Shown one piece after another: positions 28,739 to 39,591 of a stretch of DNA of 64,000 nucleotides. How positions within the stretch are numbered: position 1 is the stretch's first letter; each line of letters starts with the position of its first letter. The notes under the pieces were generated by a model. That model saw nothing but the letters and a program-made list of their open reading frames with translations, made no database searches and was not told where the DNA came from. Position numbers and translations under genes: made by a program. Origin of the DNA: Candidatus Limnocylindrales bacterium (GTDB taxonomy: Bacteria; Moduliflexota; Moduliflexia; Moduliflexales; JAUQPW01); assembly GCA_035559535.1 (NCBI GenBank), contig DATMBG010000021.1, positions 124,001 through 188,000 on the forward strand, given 5' to 3'.

Positions 28739-29857
28739 TCAAAGCCGTTCATATAAGTCTAAATGCCGCTCTACCTTAAGTTGATTACTAAAAAGCCGAA
28801 TAGCGTCTAATCGGGCCTGCCTGGCCAGGTTTTTACGTAGTTCAGGATCCCCCTTTAATTTCAGGATGGCCTCTGCAATTTGATCGGAATTACCGTAATC
28901 CACCACCATACAATTTTTCATATGTTGGGCGGTTGTAAAAGCATACCCTGATCTTGTTAAGATTTGCGGACGTTCTGAAATCATTCCTTCGATAACATTT
29001 ATCCCGCTATTCTCAACATATTTATTAATAGGGACATGGACGTGAATATCCAATAACTGAAACAACGCGATGGGATCTTCTATAAAACCCTTGTAGAACA
29101 CATGGTAGGACAGATTATACTCTTTTACTTTTTCCATAATTTTTTCATATTCAGGGCCTTGAGAACCAAAAATAAGTAATTTGACCTCGGGATGTTCTTT
29201 AACAATTTTCCGGATAGCCTCCACAAGGTAAATATGCCCCTTCCAATACTCAAACCGGGCAATAACGCCTACGATAAAATCCTGATCTTGAATCCCGAGC
29301 TGTTTTTTCAATTTAAGTATTCGATCCTTCGAGATGTTATCATAATCCGTAACCTTGAGACCTTGATAGATCGTCGTTAACTTTTCAGGTTTAATTTTCC
29401 ATTTTGTTTCCAGATACTCCCGGGCTGTGTCTGAAACGGCGATAACCTTTTTAGCAGACCAGAAAGTCAATCGGTCTATGATTTCTTGCTTCTTACTCTT
29501 AAAATCGTGGGCCCAGCTTGCATTTTCACAGGTGGTCACCCGTTTCTGAATTCCGGTCAGTAAAGCCGCCAACTGGCCGATTAAATTTCCATAGGGTAAA
29601 CTGGTATGTACGAGATCAACCGAATGCTTTTTCAAAATCAGGATGACCTTAAAAAGGTTGATAAAGTGTGAAAGAAAATTTTTATGTTTCAGATAATAGA
29701 CCTCCACCCCCAGTTCTTTTAAATCCCTGGCTAAAATTGGCTCATATTCATTGAGGATAATATGAAAGTGTTGAATATTTCTTTTAACCAATTCTTCAGA
29801 GAACCAATACCACTGAAGGGACTTATTGATATGGGAAGTAATATAAGCGATTTTCAT
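28739..29857 (-). CDS. Glycosyltransferase family 4
   Basis: IARFEYWKGH, ENSGINVIEGM (E-x7-E motif). Confidence 0.85.
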   Translation of the reverse strand: MKIAYITSHINKSLQWYWFSEELVKRNIQHFHIILNEYEPILARDLKELGVEVYYLKHKNFLSHFINLFKVILILKKHSVDLVHTSLPYGNLIGQLAALLTGIQKRVTTCENASWAHDFKSKKQEIIDRLTFWSAKKVIAVSDTAREYLETKWKIKPEKLTTIYQGLKVTDYDNISKDRILKLKKQLGIQDQDFIVGVIARFEYWKGHIYLVEAIRKIVKEHPEVKLLIFGSQGPEYEKIMEKVKEYNLSYHVFYKGFIEDPIALFQLLDIHVHVPINKYVENSGINVIEGMISERPQILTRSGYAFTTAQHMKNCMVVDYGNSDQIAEAILKLKGDPELRKNLARQARLDAIRLFSNQLKVERHLDLYERL

Positions 29858-30858
29858 CGTATTTTGGAACGCCGAACCGATTCGATAAAAAAGTCGGGAA
29901 AGAAAGTAAGCCGCTGGATTACTTTTTTTAACTCCTTATCTTCTTCCATATAACTTTTATAATTTTTCTTCAGATAGGCAGCTACTTTGCGAGCTCTTGG
30001 AAAATTTCCGGTTCTATAATCGGCTTTAAATACGTAACTTAGAAAATAGAACAACATGAGCCTTGGGTCGATAACCTTCTGATGGAAATCAAAATTAAAT
30101 TTCACAGGATCGGAGAAATATGTATCAAAAACCTTCAATTTTTGTAATTCGCCACGAATCCAATCTAGTTTAAGATTACCTACGATATTTATAAAAATCC
30201 GGATCCAATCTTCGATAAAGTACCTGTCTAAGGCCACACTTTTACTTCCTGCATGGAGTCTATACTTAGAGAAAACATCCTTAACTTTTTTAAATTTGGT
30301 TACCAGGGCCAGTCGGGCAAACAAATCATAATCCATTCCATAGTGATAGGTTTCATTCAATAAACCAACCTTATCCAGGTATTTCCTTCGGATATAAGCC
30401 GAGGGCTGTGAGAAAGACATTCCGCTGAGATATCTTTCAAGGGTCGGATTTTCATATCCAAAATCTTCCCGGATATCTCCTTTTTGATCAAACAAAATGG
30501 TCCCTCCATGAATGAGTCCTATCTGATCCGATTCCTTTTGAAAAAGATCGGCGACTCTAAAAAAAGTACCCTCTGTAACCAGGTCATCACTGTTTATCCA
30601 GGTCACAATATCTCCCGTCGCTCTTTTAAGTCCCTTATTAATTGCGTGGCTCTGTCCTCTGTCGGGTTCACTTATCCAGTACGTAATTTTATGTTCATAT
30701 TTTTTGAGGATAGAAAGGGTGTTGTCCTTACTTCCCCCGTCGATGATAAAATATTCTAAATGAGGGTAATCCTGACGAATAATGGAGAGAATGGTCTGTT
30801 CAATGTATGGACCCTGGTTAAAGGAGGGAGTGACAACAGATATTTTAGGATATGTCAT
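29854..30858 (-). CDS. Glycosyltransferase family 2 (WfgS-like)
   Basis: ISVVTPSFNQG, IDGGSKD, EPDRGQSHAINKG, WINSDD, MDYDL. Start at MTYPK, with ATGA overlap to the upstream gene. Confidence 0.9.
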   Translation of the reverse strand: MTYPKISVVTPSFNQGPYIEQTILSIIRQDYPHLEYFIIDGGSKDNTLSILKKYEHKITYWISEPDRGQSHAINKGLKRATGDIVTWINSDDLVTEGTFFRVADLFQKESDQIGLIHGGTILFDQKGDIREDFGYENPTLERYLSGMSFSQPSAYIRRKYLDKVGLLNETYHYGMDYDLFARLALVTKFKKVKDVFSKYRLHAGSKSVALDRYFIEDWIRIFINIVGNLKLDWIRGELQKLKVFDTYFSDPVKFNFDFHQKVIDPRLMLFYFLSYVFKADYRTGNFPRARKVAAYLKKNYKSYMEEDKELKKVIQRLTFFPDFFIESVRRSKIR

Positions 30859-32069
30859 TTCCAGCAATATCGAATAGGTTCGAACTCGTCCAGGATCGAG
30901 AAAACCCCTTTGACATAATCTTCTCCCGTCCATTTAAGTGCCTGTTCTAATCCCCGTTGAATCAGTGTATGGCGTAGGGTATGATCTTCGTAAAGAGATT
31001 TGATGGCAAGGGCCATTTGTTCCGGGTCTTTAGGATCCACCAGCAAAGCCGCATTATCGAGACGTTCCTGAGCACCTGGGACATGGGAGGCAACTACCGG
31101 GCAACCTAAGGCGAAGGCTTCTAAGGGAGGCAGATTTTCTGGACCAAAGAAAGTCAGATAGGTCAGCGCAAAGGCCTTTCGATAAAGCGAGATTAAATCT
31201 TCTTGAGGTACAAATCCTAAAAAGTGAACCTGGGTGGACAGGCCCAACCCGGCGACCTGTTGCCTGATATAGGATTGGTTCCCTTTGTCGGAACCCACAA
31301 ACACCACAGGAAAAACGAGTTGATATTTCTCCCGTAACAATCGAACTGCTTGTAGCAGTCCGGCGTGATTTTTATGGGGCCAGAACTGAGCGGGGTAAAA
31401 GAGATAATTTTCAGGAATATGATATTTAGCAAGGACTTGTTTTCCGTCCTCCGATGAAGCCTTTAATGCATTTAATGCAAAGGAAGGAGTTGGATGGGGA
31501 AGTATTTTAATACGTTCTTTCGGGACCTGATAAAAATACTCAATTTCAGCTTTACCGGCCTCTGTGCCGGTAATAACTGCAGCAGCCCGACGTAATACGG
31601 TCCCATAAAAGCCCTCCCGCCACTTCCATTGCCCTTTTGTACTTACTTCCGGAAAATAGGGCTGAAGTCGATGTTGTAAATCCCAAACCACGGTAATGTA
31701 CGGAATTTCCATGGTGAAGCAATCGGGAGTCAGATACCAGATAAACTCAATTCCGTTTTTAAGAAGAAGTTTTTCGACCCGACTTTCTATGGTGAAGAGA
31801 CTTCTCGGATGTCGTAGTTTTTTAAAAACGCCCGTTGCCGTTCGAGAGAGTTTAGATATTACACGCTTTCCTAAACCCTGATAGAGGGAGACAAATTGAA
31901 TATTTCCGGTTGAAATTTTAGGAGATTGCCCTTTCGTCCAGGTAAGCACCACAAAAGTGTGGTTACTTTCCTGACCAAACTTAATCAGAGACTGATATAC
32001 TTCCCTTTCAAAGGTATATCCTCCTCCTTCTTCAGGTATATTCATTCCCAGGAACAGGCCAACTCTCAT
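30855..32069 (-). CDS. Glycosyltransferase family 4 (MtfB/WbpX-like)
   Basis: WDLQHR, YPAQFWPHKNH, PENLPPLEAFALGCPV. Confidence 0.9.
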   Translation of the reverse strand: MRVGLFLGMNIPEEGGGYTFEREVYQSLIKFGQESNHTFVVLTWTKGQSPKISTGNIQFVSLYQGLGKRVISKLSRTATGVFKKLRHPRSLFTIESRVEKLLLKNGIEFIWYLTPDCFTMEIPYITVVWDLQHRLQPYFPEVSTKGQWKWREGFYGTVLRRAAAVITGTEAGKAEIEYFYQVPKERIKILPHPTPSFALNALKASSEDGKQVLAKYHIPENYLFYPAQFWPHKNHAGLLQAVRLLREKYQLVFPVVFVGSDKGNQSYIRQQVAGLGLSTQVHFLGFVPQEDLISLYRKAFALTYLTFFGPENLPPLEAFALGCPVVASHVPGAQERLDNAALLVDPKDPEQMALAIKSLYEDHTLRHTLIQRGLEQALKWTGEDYVKGVFSILDEFEPIRYCWK

Positions 32070-32872
32070 GATACCTCGAACTCCTTTATTTCATTAAGAC
32101 TGTTTGGGGTTTTTCGAGCTACAGCTACAACATGCCAGGTCTGTTCTGTAATCTGTTCATCGGGAGTAAACCCGGCAAACCATTTAAGGGGTGTGAAACC
32201 ACTGGAGGATAACCAATAGGCCATTTCTTGAACCAGGAAGTAACGGTTTATTTGAGTTTCCTTAAAACTGGAATAGGTTCCGTTATCCCGTAACTCATAA
32301 ACGGTATAAGTTACCTGACTTAATTGTTGAGGATACTTTAAGTTGGTTTCAGAGATACGGAGCAACTCCCCACCGGGAATGGACCAGCGTCTGATCCGTA
32401 CAGGATCATAACTTCGAAGCATAGCGGCAGCATGCCAGAATTCAAACACAAATAAACCATTCGGACGTAAATGGTTATAGACCCCTTCTAAGACCTGCTT
32501 CAACGCTTCATTAGTTGCAACATATCCCATAGAATCAAACAAACAGATCACCGCATCAAAGGGGTCATCGGGTAGATTAAGAGCACGCATATCCTGCCAG
32601 CGAAAGTCTACCTGGGAAGAAACCTGGGTTATTTTACGTCGGGCACAGGCTAACATATCTACAGAATAATCCACCGCTACAATTTTATAACCCAACTTTT
32701 CAAGGGCGAGGGCATGTCTTCCGGTTCCACAGGCCAGTTCCAGTAACCTTCGGGTTTTACCTATACTGTATTTTTGTAAGCATTGATCGACAAAAGCAGC
32801 TTCAGCCTCGTAAGGTTTATTGGCATAGAAAATGTCGTATAACTCGGCATGTCGACCTATATAGGAACTCAT
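32066..32872 (-). CDS. Class I SAM-dependent methyltransferase
   Basis: LLELACGTGRH, VDYSVDML, QDMR, HLRPNGLFVF. Confidence 0.9.
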   Translation of the reverse strand: MSSYIGRHAELYDIFYANKPYEAEAAFVDQCLQKYSIGKTRRLLELACGTGRHALALEKLGYKIVAVDYSVDMLACARRKITQVSSQVDFRWQDMRALNLPDDPFDAVICLFDSMGYVATNEALKQVLEGVYNHLRPNGLFVFEFWHAAAMLRSYDPVRIRRWSIPGGELLRISETNLKYPQQLSQVTYTVYELRDNGTYSSFKETQINRYFLVQEMAYWLSSSGFTPLKWFAGFTPDEQITEQTWHVVAVARKTPNSLNEIKEFEVS

Positions 32873-33996
32873 AAGGTAGTTTTTTTTGCGTGCTGGGCGG
32901 CACGCCGAATACTTTCTGCAATGCTTTGAATCGTCGCTTCAGATAGCGTATAACTGGAAGGTAAATAAAGTCCTCTTTCCCACAACTTATCTGCCACCGG
33001 GCAGGAGATTTCACGGAATCCCGGCTGGGATTGCAGGCAGGGTTGCTGGTTCATGGGACAGAAAAAGGTACGGGTATCAATCCCCTCCCGACTTAACCAT
33101 TTCATGAGTTGATCTCGACTGATACCAAACTCAGGCTGAACAACCATCGCATACATCCAATAAACATTTCGTGCCCAGGGAGCTTCAGAGGGAAGTTGTA
33201 GGCCTGGAATATCAGACAGATAACGGTGATAGGTATGGGCCACCCGTCGCTTCTCAGTAATAATCTGTTCGATTTTGTGAAGCTGGACGACGCCCATGGC
33301 GGCCTGATAACCGGTCATCCTGAAGTTATACCCGGCCAGTTCGTGTCGGAAGCGCGGCTTTGTAAAGGCTAAATTCCGTAATAACCGCAGACGTTCGGCC
33401 AAGACTTTATCGTTGGTTATGACCATCCCCCCCTCGCCGGTGGTAATCACTTTATTGGCATAGAAGCTGAAGCATCCCATATCCCCAAAACTACCCGTCT
33501 TTTTTCCACGGCAGGTAGCCCCATGGGATTCCGCACAGTCCTCAATCACCTGGAGGTTATGGCGTCTGGCAATTTCACATAAGCGATCCATATCTACCGG
33601 ATGACCATATAAATGGACCGGAATAATGGCCCGGGTACGTGAAGTGATGAGAGATTCAATCAAATCCAGATTGAGGTTCCATGTGATTTCTTCAGAATCT
33701 ACCGGAACAGGAACGGCCCCATGGTGAAATACAGCCAGGGCGGTAGCAATATTGGTACTGGCACTAACCAGTACTTCTTCTCCAGGACCAATACCCGCAG
33801 CAGCAACGGCTAAATGCAAGGCTGCCGCCCCGCTGCTGACGGCAACTCCATATTTACAACCGCAATACCCGGCAAATTCCTGTTCAAATCGGACAATGGA
33901 TTCGCCAAAGGATCCGGAAATTTCACCCCGTCTCAAGGCCATAACGACCGCATTAATTTCTTCTTCACCGATTACAGGTTCAAAAACCGATATCAT
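32869..33996 (-). CDS. DegT-family aminotransferase (perosamine synthase-like)
   Basis: PVHLYGHP, IEDCAESHG, FSFYANKVITTGEGG, NVYWMY. Confidence 0.92.
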   Translation of the reverse strand: MISVFEPVIGEEEINAVVMALRRGEISGSFGESIVRFEQEFAGYCGCKYGVAVSSGAAALHLAVAAAGIGPGEEVLVSASTNIATALAVFHHGAVPVPVDSEEITWNLNLDLIESLITSRTRAIIPVHLYGHPVDMDRLCEIARRHNLQVIEDCAESHGATCRGKKTGSFGDMGCFSFYANKVITTGEGGMVITNDKVLAERLRLLRNLAFTKPRFRHELAGYNFRMTGYQAAMGVVQLHKIEQIITEKRRVAHTYHRYLSDIPGLQLPSEAPWARNVYWMYAMVVQPEFGISRDQLMKWLSREGIDTRTFFCPMNQQPCLQSQPGFREISCPVADKLWERGLYLPSSYTLSEATIQSIAESIRRAAQHAKKTTL

Positions 33997-34406
33997 TTCT
34001 TCACCTTTACAAAAACCTTATCATGTTCGGTCCCTAAAAAGGGTCCCTGTTTAACGCTGATACATTGCATATCCTCAATCACACGGATTGCATGGACTCC
34101 ATGAACCAAAACGATGGCATCACCGGGATGCAGGATGATTTCACGCAGAAGATCTCCGTCATCACTATATAACTGAACCGCAACAACCCCCCGTTGAACA
34201 ACAAACATCTGCTGCAAATCATGAATTTGCCGGGAGATAGGCTTATGATAATGGGGTGGTTCTATAAACCCGGCCTCGTGAGCAAGTAATCCAAACTGAA
34301 AGGACGACTCAGGGGGAGAAAAGAAGGTGGTTTTCTCCACCCGGGTATCGGCCCAAATAATTTCGGCATATTTTACCCCGTTATATTCAATGGATTCAAT
34401 ACTCAT
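33993..34406 (-). CDS. Cupin-fold protein (polysaccharide-locus associated)
   Basis: PPHYHK, VVQRG, HPGDAIVLVHGVH, KQGPF. Start moved to MSIESI. Confidence 0.7.
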   Translation of the reverse strand: MSIESIEYNGVKYAEIIWADTRVEKTTFFSPPESSFQFGLLAHEAGFIEPPHYHKPISRQIHDLQQMFVVQRGVVAVQLYSDDGDLLREIILHPGDAIVLVHGVHAIRVIEDMQCISVKQGPFLGTEHDKVFVKVKK

Positions 34407-34509
34407 ATCTTTATCCTTTCTCTGCCGATTTAAAAATTTGTACTTTCTGCCGTCGAAAATTCTTGCCAATGACCTTCTTTCAAACGTCTGGGGGTCATTG
34501 GTACAACTT

Positions 34510-35337
34510 CTATCGTTTTCGTCTTGCCAACAGACCGACACTGAAGATGGGTCCACTCTCGATGGAGAACACATCACCTGGTTCATCAAACGTCATGACA
34601 ACGTCATAGTCCTTACTTATTGCATCGTAAAACGTGGATTCTCGCAGGAAGACAACTGGATATCGTACTTTTCGATCTTGTACACCGCTGGGCATGGCAC
34701 CAGGTCCATTACAACTGAGCCAGGATTCTTGAATGGTGATGATATCCTGGGAACCTTTTGTCAGATTGAGTCTATTGAATAGAATATGAGTCGCATGGAT
34801 TGAGACAAGAGTTCTTAAGTATTCACAGGGATTATTGACGTATTGAAGGGTTCCCGATGTATGCAACAAATCTATCTGCCTGAGAGAGTCAGCAGCTTCC
34901 CTCAAGTTAGATGAGAAAGTCAATTCATCGTTGGTAAAGATTTCTGCGGCTTTTTGGATCATTTTAGGTGTTTCAACGACAATCCACCTCAATTTGTAAG
35001 AAGGAGGAAGTACAGCACGTGCTAGATAGTAGTGGGCTCCACACGCCCCACCGAAATCGATGACTCGGATCTCCAGCGCTTCAAGGGATGCGAGGAGGGA
35101 GCAGAGGCTGTATGCACTGGTTGGACTGAGACGAATAGGTTTTCCCTCAGACAAGAGGCTGTCCCGGTATTTCTGGGTTTTTTGTAGAACTACCTCAATG
35201 ATATCTTCGTTTTCGTAGCCGTGCTCAGTACAGTCAGCTAACGCTGTCTCATAGGTAGTATATTGCTTCTGGCCTGCCTTTTGAGTAAAAGGGTTTAAAA
35301 TCCTTTTTAAGGTAGATTTCAACTTCCCCATGATCAA
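34510..35337 (-). CDS. Putative methyltransferase (TIGR04325/LIC12133-like)
   Basis: RVIDFGGACGAHY, WIVVETP, SGTLQY. Confidence 0.75.
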   Translation of the reverse strand: MIMGKLKSTLKRILNPFTQKAGQKQYTTYETALADCTEHGYENEDIIEVVLQKTQKYRDSLLSEGKPIRLSPTSAYSLCSLLASLEALEIRVIDFGGACGAHYYLARAVLPPSYKLRWIVVETPKMIQKAAEIFTNDELTFSSNLREAADSLRQIDLLHTSGTLQYVNNPCEYLRTLVSIHATHILFNRLNLTKGSQDIITIQESWLSCNGPGAMPSGVQDRKVRYPVVFLRESTFYDAISKDYDVVMTFDEPGDVFSIESGPIFSVGLLARRKR

Positions 35338-36272
35338 ACCTCAAGATCCCCCAGTCTAACCAGTTTATTTTTCTCTAGGTCGTAAACAAGCATATCCTTA
35401 ATGACTTCAAGACGTTCCTCTCCGGACAGGTAAGAAAGCTGCCCTTGCCTATCTCGGGAGTCTCTGAATTTAGATTTTACATACCCGGATTCAATCCGGA
35501 GGGGCTTAAGCCGGCCGAGTTTATCCTTTCGCACAAAATAAGCATTATTTCCCTGGCTATTCGAGCCAACAAAGGCATAACCCTTCTTTTCAGCCAGCAA
35601 ACCCAAAGCTTTTAATGAACATCCCCAGAACAGGTTAGAGAAATGGGCTTTGGTTCGATTAAAATTCGGATCGTAGGGAACTGTAATGGCGTATCGATCA
35701 CCAAAAACACTGTTGTATTCAATAATTACAAGGATGGGATCCACAACGTGAATACTCTCCCAAATCCAATAATCATTTCCATCGATATCGATACTTAAAA
35801 TTCCTATCTCGCCGGAGAAATTATTTTCCAACAAGATCCTGTTAATATTGTCCCTATCGACAAAAGCCTGCACGGCGGTCAGGTCATACTTCCAGTAGAG
35901 ACTGTCCTTCTGGATATAATCGATATTCGCTTTATTTCCATCGATCACAAGGCCTTTCCAGTTATTATTTACCAATAAAAACCTTGTATTGGATTCTGTA
36001 TAATTTTCGACTCCAAACTCAACAAAGGTCCGGTGGGTTATTTCAATCTGATTTATCAAATACTGAATAATCCCATCGTCTCCAAACTGGGAGAAGACTT
36101 TAAATTCTGTATCCCGGAGGTTTTCATATAGGCCGTGGGCCTTGATCTGATTGATCAGAAGTTTTGCCGTGAGAATTTTGACCTCCTCAATCTGGTTCTG
36201 TACAGCCGTAATCTGGGATATACCGGATATTTCTTTGATGAACCGTTTTATCAAACTAAGAATTTTCATCAA
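35334..36272 (-). CDS. FkbM-related methyltransferase-like protein
   Basis: VFSQFGDDGII, FVEFGV, LSIDIDGNDYWIW, IIEYN, NAYFV. Confidence 0.65.
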   Translation of the reverse strand: MMKILSLIKRFIKEISGISQITAVQNQIEEVKILTAKLLINQIKAHGLYENLRDTEFKVFSQFGDDGIIQYLINQIEITHRTFVEFGVENYTESNTRFLLVNNNWKGLVIDGNKANIDYIQKDSLYWKYDLTAVQAFVDRDNINRILLENNFSGEIGILSIDIDGNDYWIWESIHVVDPILVIIEYNSVFGDRYAITVPYDPNFNRTKAHFSNLFWGCSLKALGLLAEKKGYAFVGSNSQGNNAYFVRKDKLGRLKPLRIESGYVKSKFRDSRDRQGQLSYLSGEERLEVIKDMLVYDLEKNKLVRLGDLEV

Positions 36273-36306
36273 AGGAGTAGAGAAAATTCCCGAAATGATT
36301 TTTTGT

Positions 36307-37185
36307 TCACAGCCACCGGGATAAATCTCTTTGAATAAGCTCGCTTAACTTTACAATATCCTCTTTATAGGCATCCCGAAGCTTTTCCTTTAACGTTAAA
36401 GGTAATGTACCCTTATGTCCTAACTTCGTGTTTAAGGCCATCATGGCAAATAAATACCTGCGAACCGGCTCACCTAAGGGAACAGGCAGCCTTTCAGATG
36501 ACCTGCAGAACCAGCGCAGTAAATACTGGAGTCTGATAAACCGGGGAAGCCTGCTGGCATTATGAACCGAAAAGTCAGGCTGAAACCCATTGGAAATTCC
36601 AAGGAACTGGCAAATATCTTTATAAACCTGCGAAGGGTTATTCTTTAAATCCTCGAAGAGATAAATTCGAATCAACTCAGGTTCAAAAGTATCCAGATAT
36701 CTTTTAACCTGTTGGTAATAAAGGCCACTTCGAAAGTATATATAATCCCAAAAATACTCCGGATTTTTATTTTGGAAAGCCCGGCTGGAGAAGCGCCGTT
36801 CTTCTTCTTTCAACGCCCTTTCAAAGGTCGGAAGCCATTCATACCCTTCCATAATCATCCAGGAATATAAGGAAAAGGCTCTCTCAACGGGATTTCTAAG
36901 CAGTATGATAATTTTTAAATTTCCCAACTTTTCTTTAATCCAGGCCGGACTTTCGGGTGCAGCCAGATAGGCTGCCGAGCAATCACCTATGGCTATCTTT
37001 CCTCGTCCGGGCTCAAAGAGCGAAAGGTACTCCTCCCAATCTGAGATCCTATGCTTGTAACCGTGTACAAAAAAACAGGGTTCTTTCACATGGGGTACAA
37101 ATACCTCGGGATGGCTTTTAAGCCAATAATAAAGGGAGGTAGTACCGGCCCTTGCAGCACCAATAACTAAAAAATTCGGTAACAC
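36307..37185 (-). CDS. PAPS-dependent sulfotransferase
   Basis: 5'-PSB loop IGAARAGTTSL, KEPCFF, 3'-PB motif LRNPVERAFS. Confidence 0.9.
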   Translation of the reverse strand: MLPNFLVIGAARAGTTSLYYWLKSHPEVFVPHVKEPCFFVHGYKHRISDWEEYLSLFEPGRGKIAIGDCSAAYLAAPESPAWIKEKLGNLKIIILLRNPVERAFSLYSWMIMEGYEWLPTFERALKEEERRFSSRAFQNKNPEYFWDYIYFRSGLYYQQVKRYLDTFEPELIRIYLFEDLKNNPSQVYKDICQFLGISNGFQPDFSVHNASRLPRFIRLQYLLRWFCRSSERLPVPLGEPVRRYLFAMMALNTKLGHKGTLPLTLKEKLRDAYKEDIVKLSELIQRDLSRWL

Positions 37186-37215
37186 CGTACGAGTTTAAAA
37201 TCGAGTAACCTCTCT

Positions 37216-38457
37216 TTATAGATACCGACGGATAAGGTTTACCAACTCTTGCACGCGGTGGAAGTAAGTATGTTCCCTCAGGGTACGCTGTTGACCGGAA
37301 CGGGCTATGGTTTGGCGCTCCTCTTCGTGATCGAGCAGGTAACGGACCTTTTCGATACATTCTTCAACCGAGCGATACGTTACCACCTCTACATCTGGTT
37401 TGAAGAGGTCAGGCAGGTTGACCTTCCAATCTGTAAGCAAACAGGCACCCATTCCTGTGGCCTCATAGAGACGGAGGTTACCTGCATATTCCCCGGCACA
37501 ATCTATATGACTGTTGAAGACTATCCTGGATCTTGCCAAAATTTCATAGTTCTTTAATCCCATCACAGGCTCGTGAAACCTATGGGGATAGAGCTGCTTT
37601 ACGGAAGGTAGTGAAGGATCCGATATCCAGGGAACTCCCCGGCGAACGACCGGAAGTTTCGATCGGAAGCTTTGGGATACCCCCAGGCTTTTCAGAACTC
37701 TGTTCGCCTCATAGCTAACCTTGTCCAGAATCCGATCTTTTCGGGGCCGCAACCTGGGGTCACTGACCTGACCCCATACCTGTAAAGGCGTGCACGCTAC
37801 CAACTTCTCAATCCAGGCGTAGCGCTGGGAATGATATCCGTTTCGACTCCCTAAGTTTCCAACAAAGGAAAAGGATAAATCCCTTTCCATAGTAGGCTTT
37901 ACAACGTCCAGAATCGTATGCTCAAAGGCCAAGGGCATATATACTGCACGGGCACCATTCTGTTGGAGCAGCGTAACGAAGTTGGGAGCAGACGTCAGAA
38001 TCAGATCTAAATCTTTAAAAATGGTGAAATCCGGGGTCGGTGATGCTCTCCAACCCAGGATTATGACCCTTTTGTTGCAGACCTGACGTAACTGCCAGCG
38101 AAAGTCTTGATCAAACAGGTAGAGATCCTGGAGATACAAGATATCTGGTTGAAAAGCCTTAACCTGGGCAAGAACAATATCCTTTAGCCAGGTATCCTCC
38201 CCATACTTTATCCCTTTTTCTCTGGCCCAGGCTTTCTGGAGAGGTTCAAAGGAAGCAAACAGATCCTCCGCTTCATGGCCTAAAGCCTCCAGATGCTTTG
38301 CATAGAAGTCAGCCGATCCATACCGGGTATAGGTGAATCGCCTATACAGTTCCTGATAGGAAAGGCTTTCATAATCGGGATTATCTGCCAGAAATTGGTG
38401 GATAAAAATGGGATAAACCGTTGTGAATTTTTGGAATCGCATTACCTTAGCCAACAA
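37216..38457 (-). CDS. CgeB-like / Glyco_trans_1_2 glycosyltransferase
   Basis: [38 protein letters not shown]. Confidence 0.8.
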   Translation of the reverse strand: MLAKVMRFQKFTTVYPIFIHQFLADNPDYESLSYQELYRRFTYTRYGSADFYAKHLEALGHEAEDLFASFEPLQKAWAREKGIKYGEDTWLKDIVLAQVKAFQPDILYLQDLYLFDQDFRWQLRQVCNKRVIILGWRASPTPDFTIFKDLDLILTSAPNFVTLLQQNGARAVYMPLAFEHTILDVVKPTMERDLSFSFVGNLGSRNGYHSQRYAWIEKLVACTPLQVWGQVSDPRLRPRKDRILDKVSYEANRVLKSLGVSQSFRSKLPVVRRGVPWISDPSLPSVKQLYPHRFHEPVMGLKNYEILARSRIVFNSHIDCAGEYAGNLRLYEATGMGACLLTDWKVNLPDLFKPDVEVVTYRSVEECIEKVRYLLDHEEERQTIARSGQQRTLREHTYFHRVQELVNLIRRYL

Positions 38458-39568
38458 TCTTTGAATGCGTCCACGACCGGATCGAATCGGATATATAGGT
38501 CAGGTGTTTTTCCGTCAACTCGGCGTACATGGGTAAGCTGACCACTTCTTTGGCTATCCGTTCTGTTACCGGCAATACCCCTGCGGGAATTTTCAAATGC
38601 CTGTACGCAGGTTGTTGGTGAAGGGGAACAGGATAATGAATTCCCGTATCGATCCCCCTCTCTTTGAGCCAGGCCTGAAAACGTTCTCGTTCGGATACCC
38701 GGATGACAAACAGGTGCCATACCGATTCGGCATCGGGATGGATAACGGGTAAGGTAATTCCACACCCTTTCAACGCCTCCAGATAATAGGCTGCATGCCT
38801 GCGGCGCGCCGCATTCCACGTATCTAGATATCGTAATTTGACGCGCAATATAGCTGCCTGCAATCCATCCAGACGACTGTTTAGACCCTGAATCTCATGG
38901 AGGTATTTCTCCTGACGGCCATGATCGGCCAACATGCGAATCTGGCGGATCAGATCTTCATCCTGACTGACTACAGCCCCTCCATCTCCATAAGCCCCTA
39001 AGTTCTTTCCGGGATAGAAGCTAAAGCAGGCCACATCCCCAAAAGAACCTGCCCGCCGCCCTCGCCACCTGGCTCCATGGGCCTGGGCAGCATCTTCGAT
39101 CACCTTTAAATTGTATTGTCGGGCTATTTCCAGGATTTGATCCATCTCACAGGGCTGACCGTATAAGTGAACCGGAATGATGGCCCGGGTACGAGGTGTG
39201 ATGGCTGCTTCCAGTAACTTCGGGTCCATCAACATGGTTTCTTCCTGGATATCTACAAAAACAGGCTTTGCTCCGGTCAACGAGATGGCCTCTGCCGTAG
39301 CCATAAAGGTATGGGCTACGGTAATAACCTCATCTCCCGGTCCTATTCCCAAAGCTCGAAGGGCCAGATAGAGAGCATCTGTACCGTTACCTACCCCAAC
39401 ACACGCCCGGGTCTCACAATAAGCTGCGAACTCTGCTTCAAACCGTTGTACTTCTTCTCCCCCAATAAAGGCACTCCGCCTGATAACAGCCTGAATAGCA
39501 GCGTCTATTTCGACCTGGATTGAATCATACTGAGCCTTCAAATCTACAAGTGGAATCATATTTTTCAA
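38447..39568 (-). CDS. DegT-family aminotransferase (WbpE/FdtB-like)
   Basis: [51 protein letters not shown]. Confidence 0.93.
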   Translation of the reverse strand: MKNMIPLVDLKAQYDSIQVEIDAAIQAVIRRSAFIGGEEVQRFEAEFAAYCETRACVGVGNGTDALYLALRALGIGPGDEVITVAHTFMATAEAISLTGAKPVFVDIQEETMLMDPKLLEAAITPRTRAIIPVHLYGQPCEMDQILEIARQYNLKVIEDAAQAHGARWRGRRAGSFGDVACFSFYPGKNLGAYGDGGAVVSQDEDLIRQIRMLADHGRQEKYLHEIQGLNSRLDGLQAAILRVKLRYLDTWNAARRRHAAYYLEALKGCGITLPVIHPDAESVWHLFVIRVSERERFQAWLKERGIDTGIHYPVPLHQQPAYRHLKIPAGVLPVTERIAKEVVSLPMYAELTEKHLTYISDSIRSWTHSKIVG

Positions 39569-39591
39569 TCCCCTTTCTTGGGAAATAAAAA

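Noticed and set aside
34407-34589. N-terminal extensions in the ORF track for the cupin (and similarly wecB, rpsT, the NusG paralog and the GT2 at 29854)
   Set aside because: They overlap neighbouring genes or repeats; downstream ATGs match the family N-termini better.
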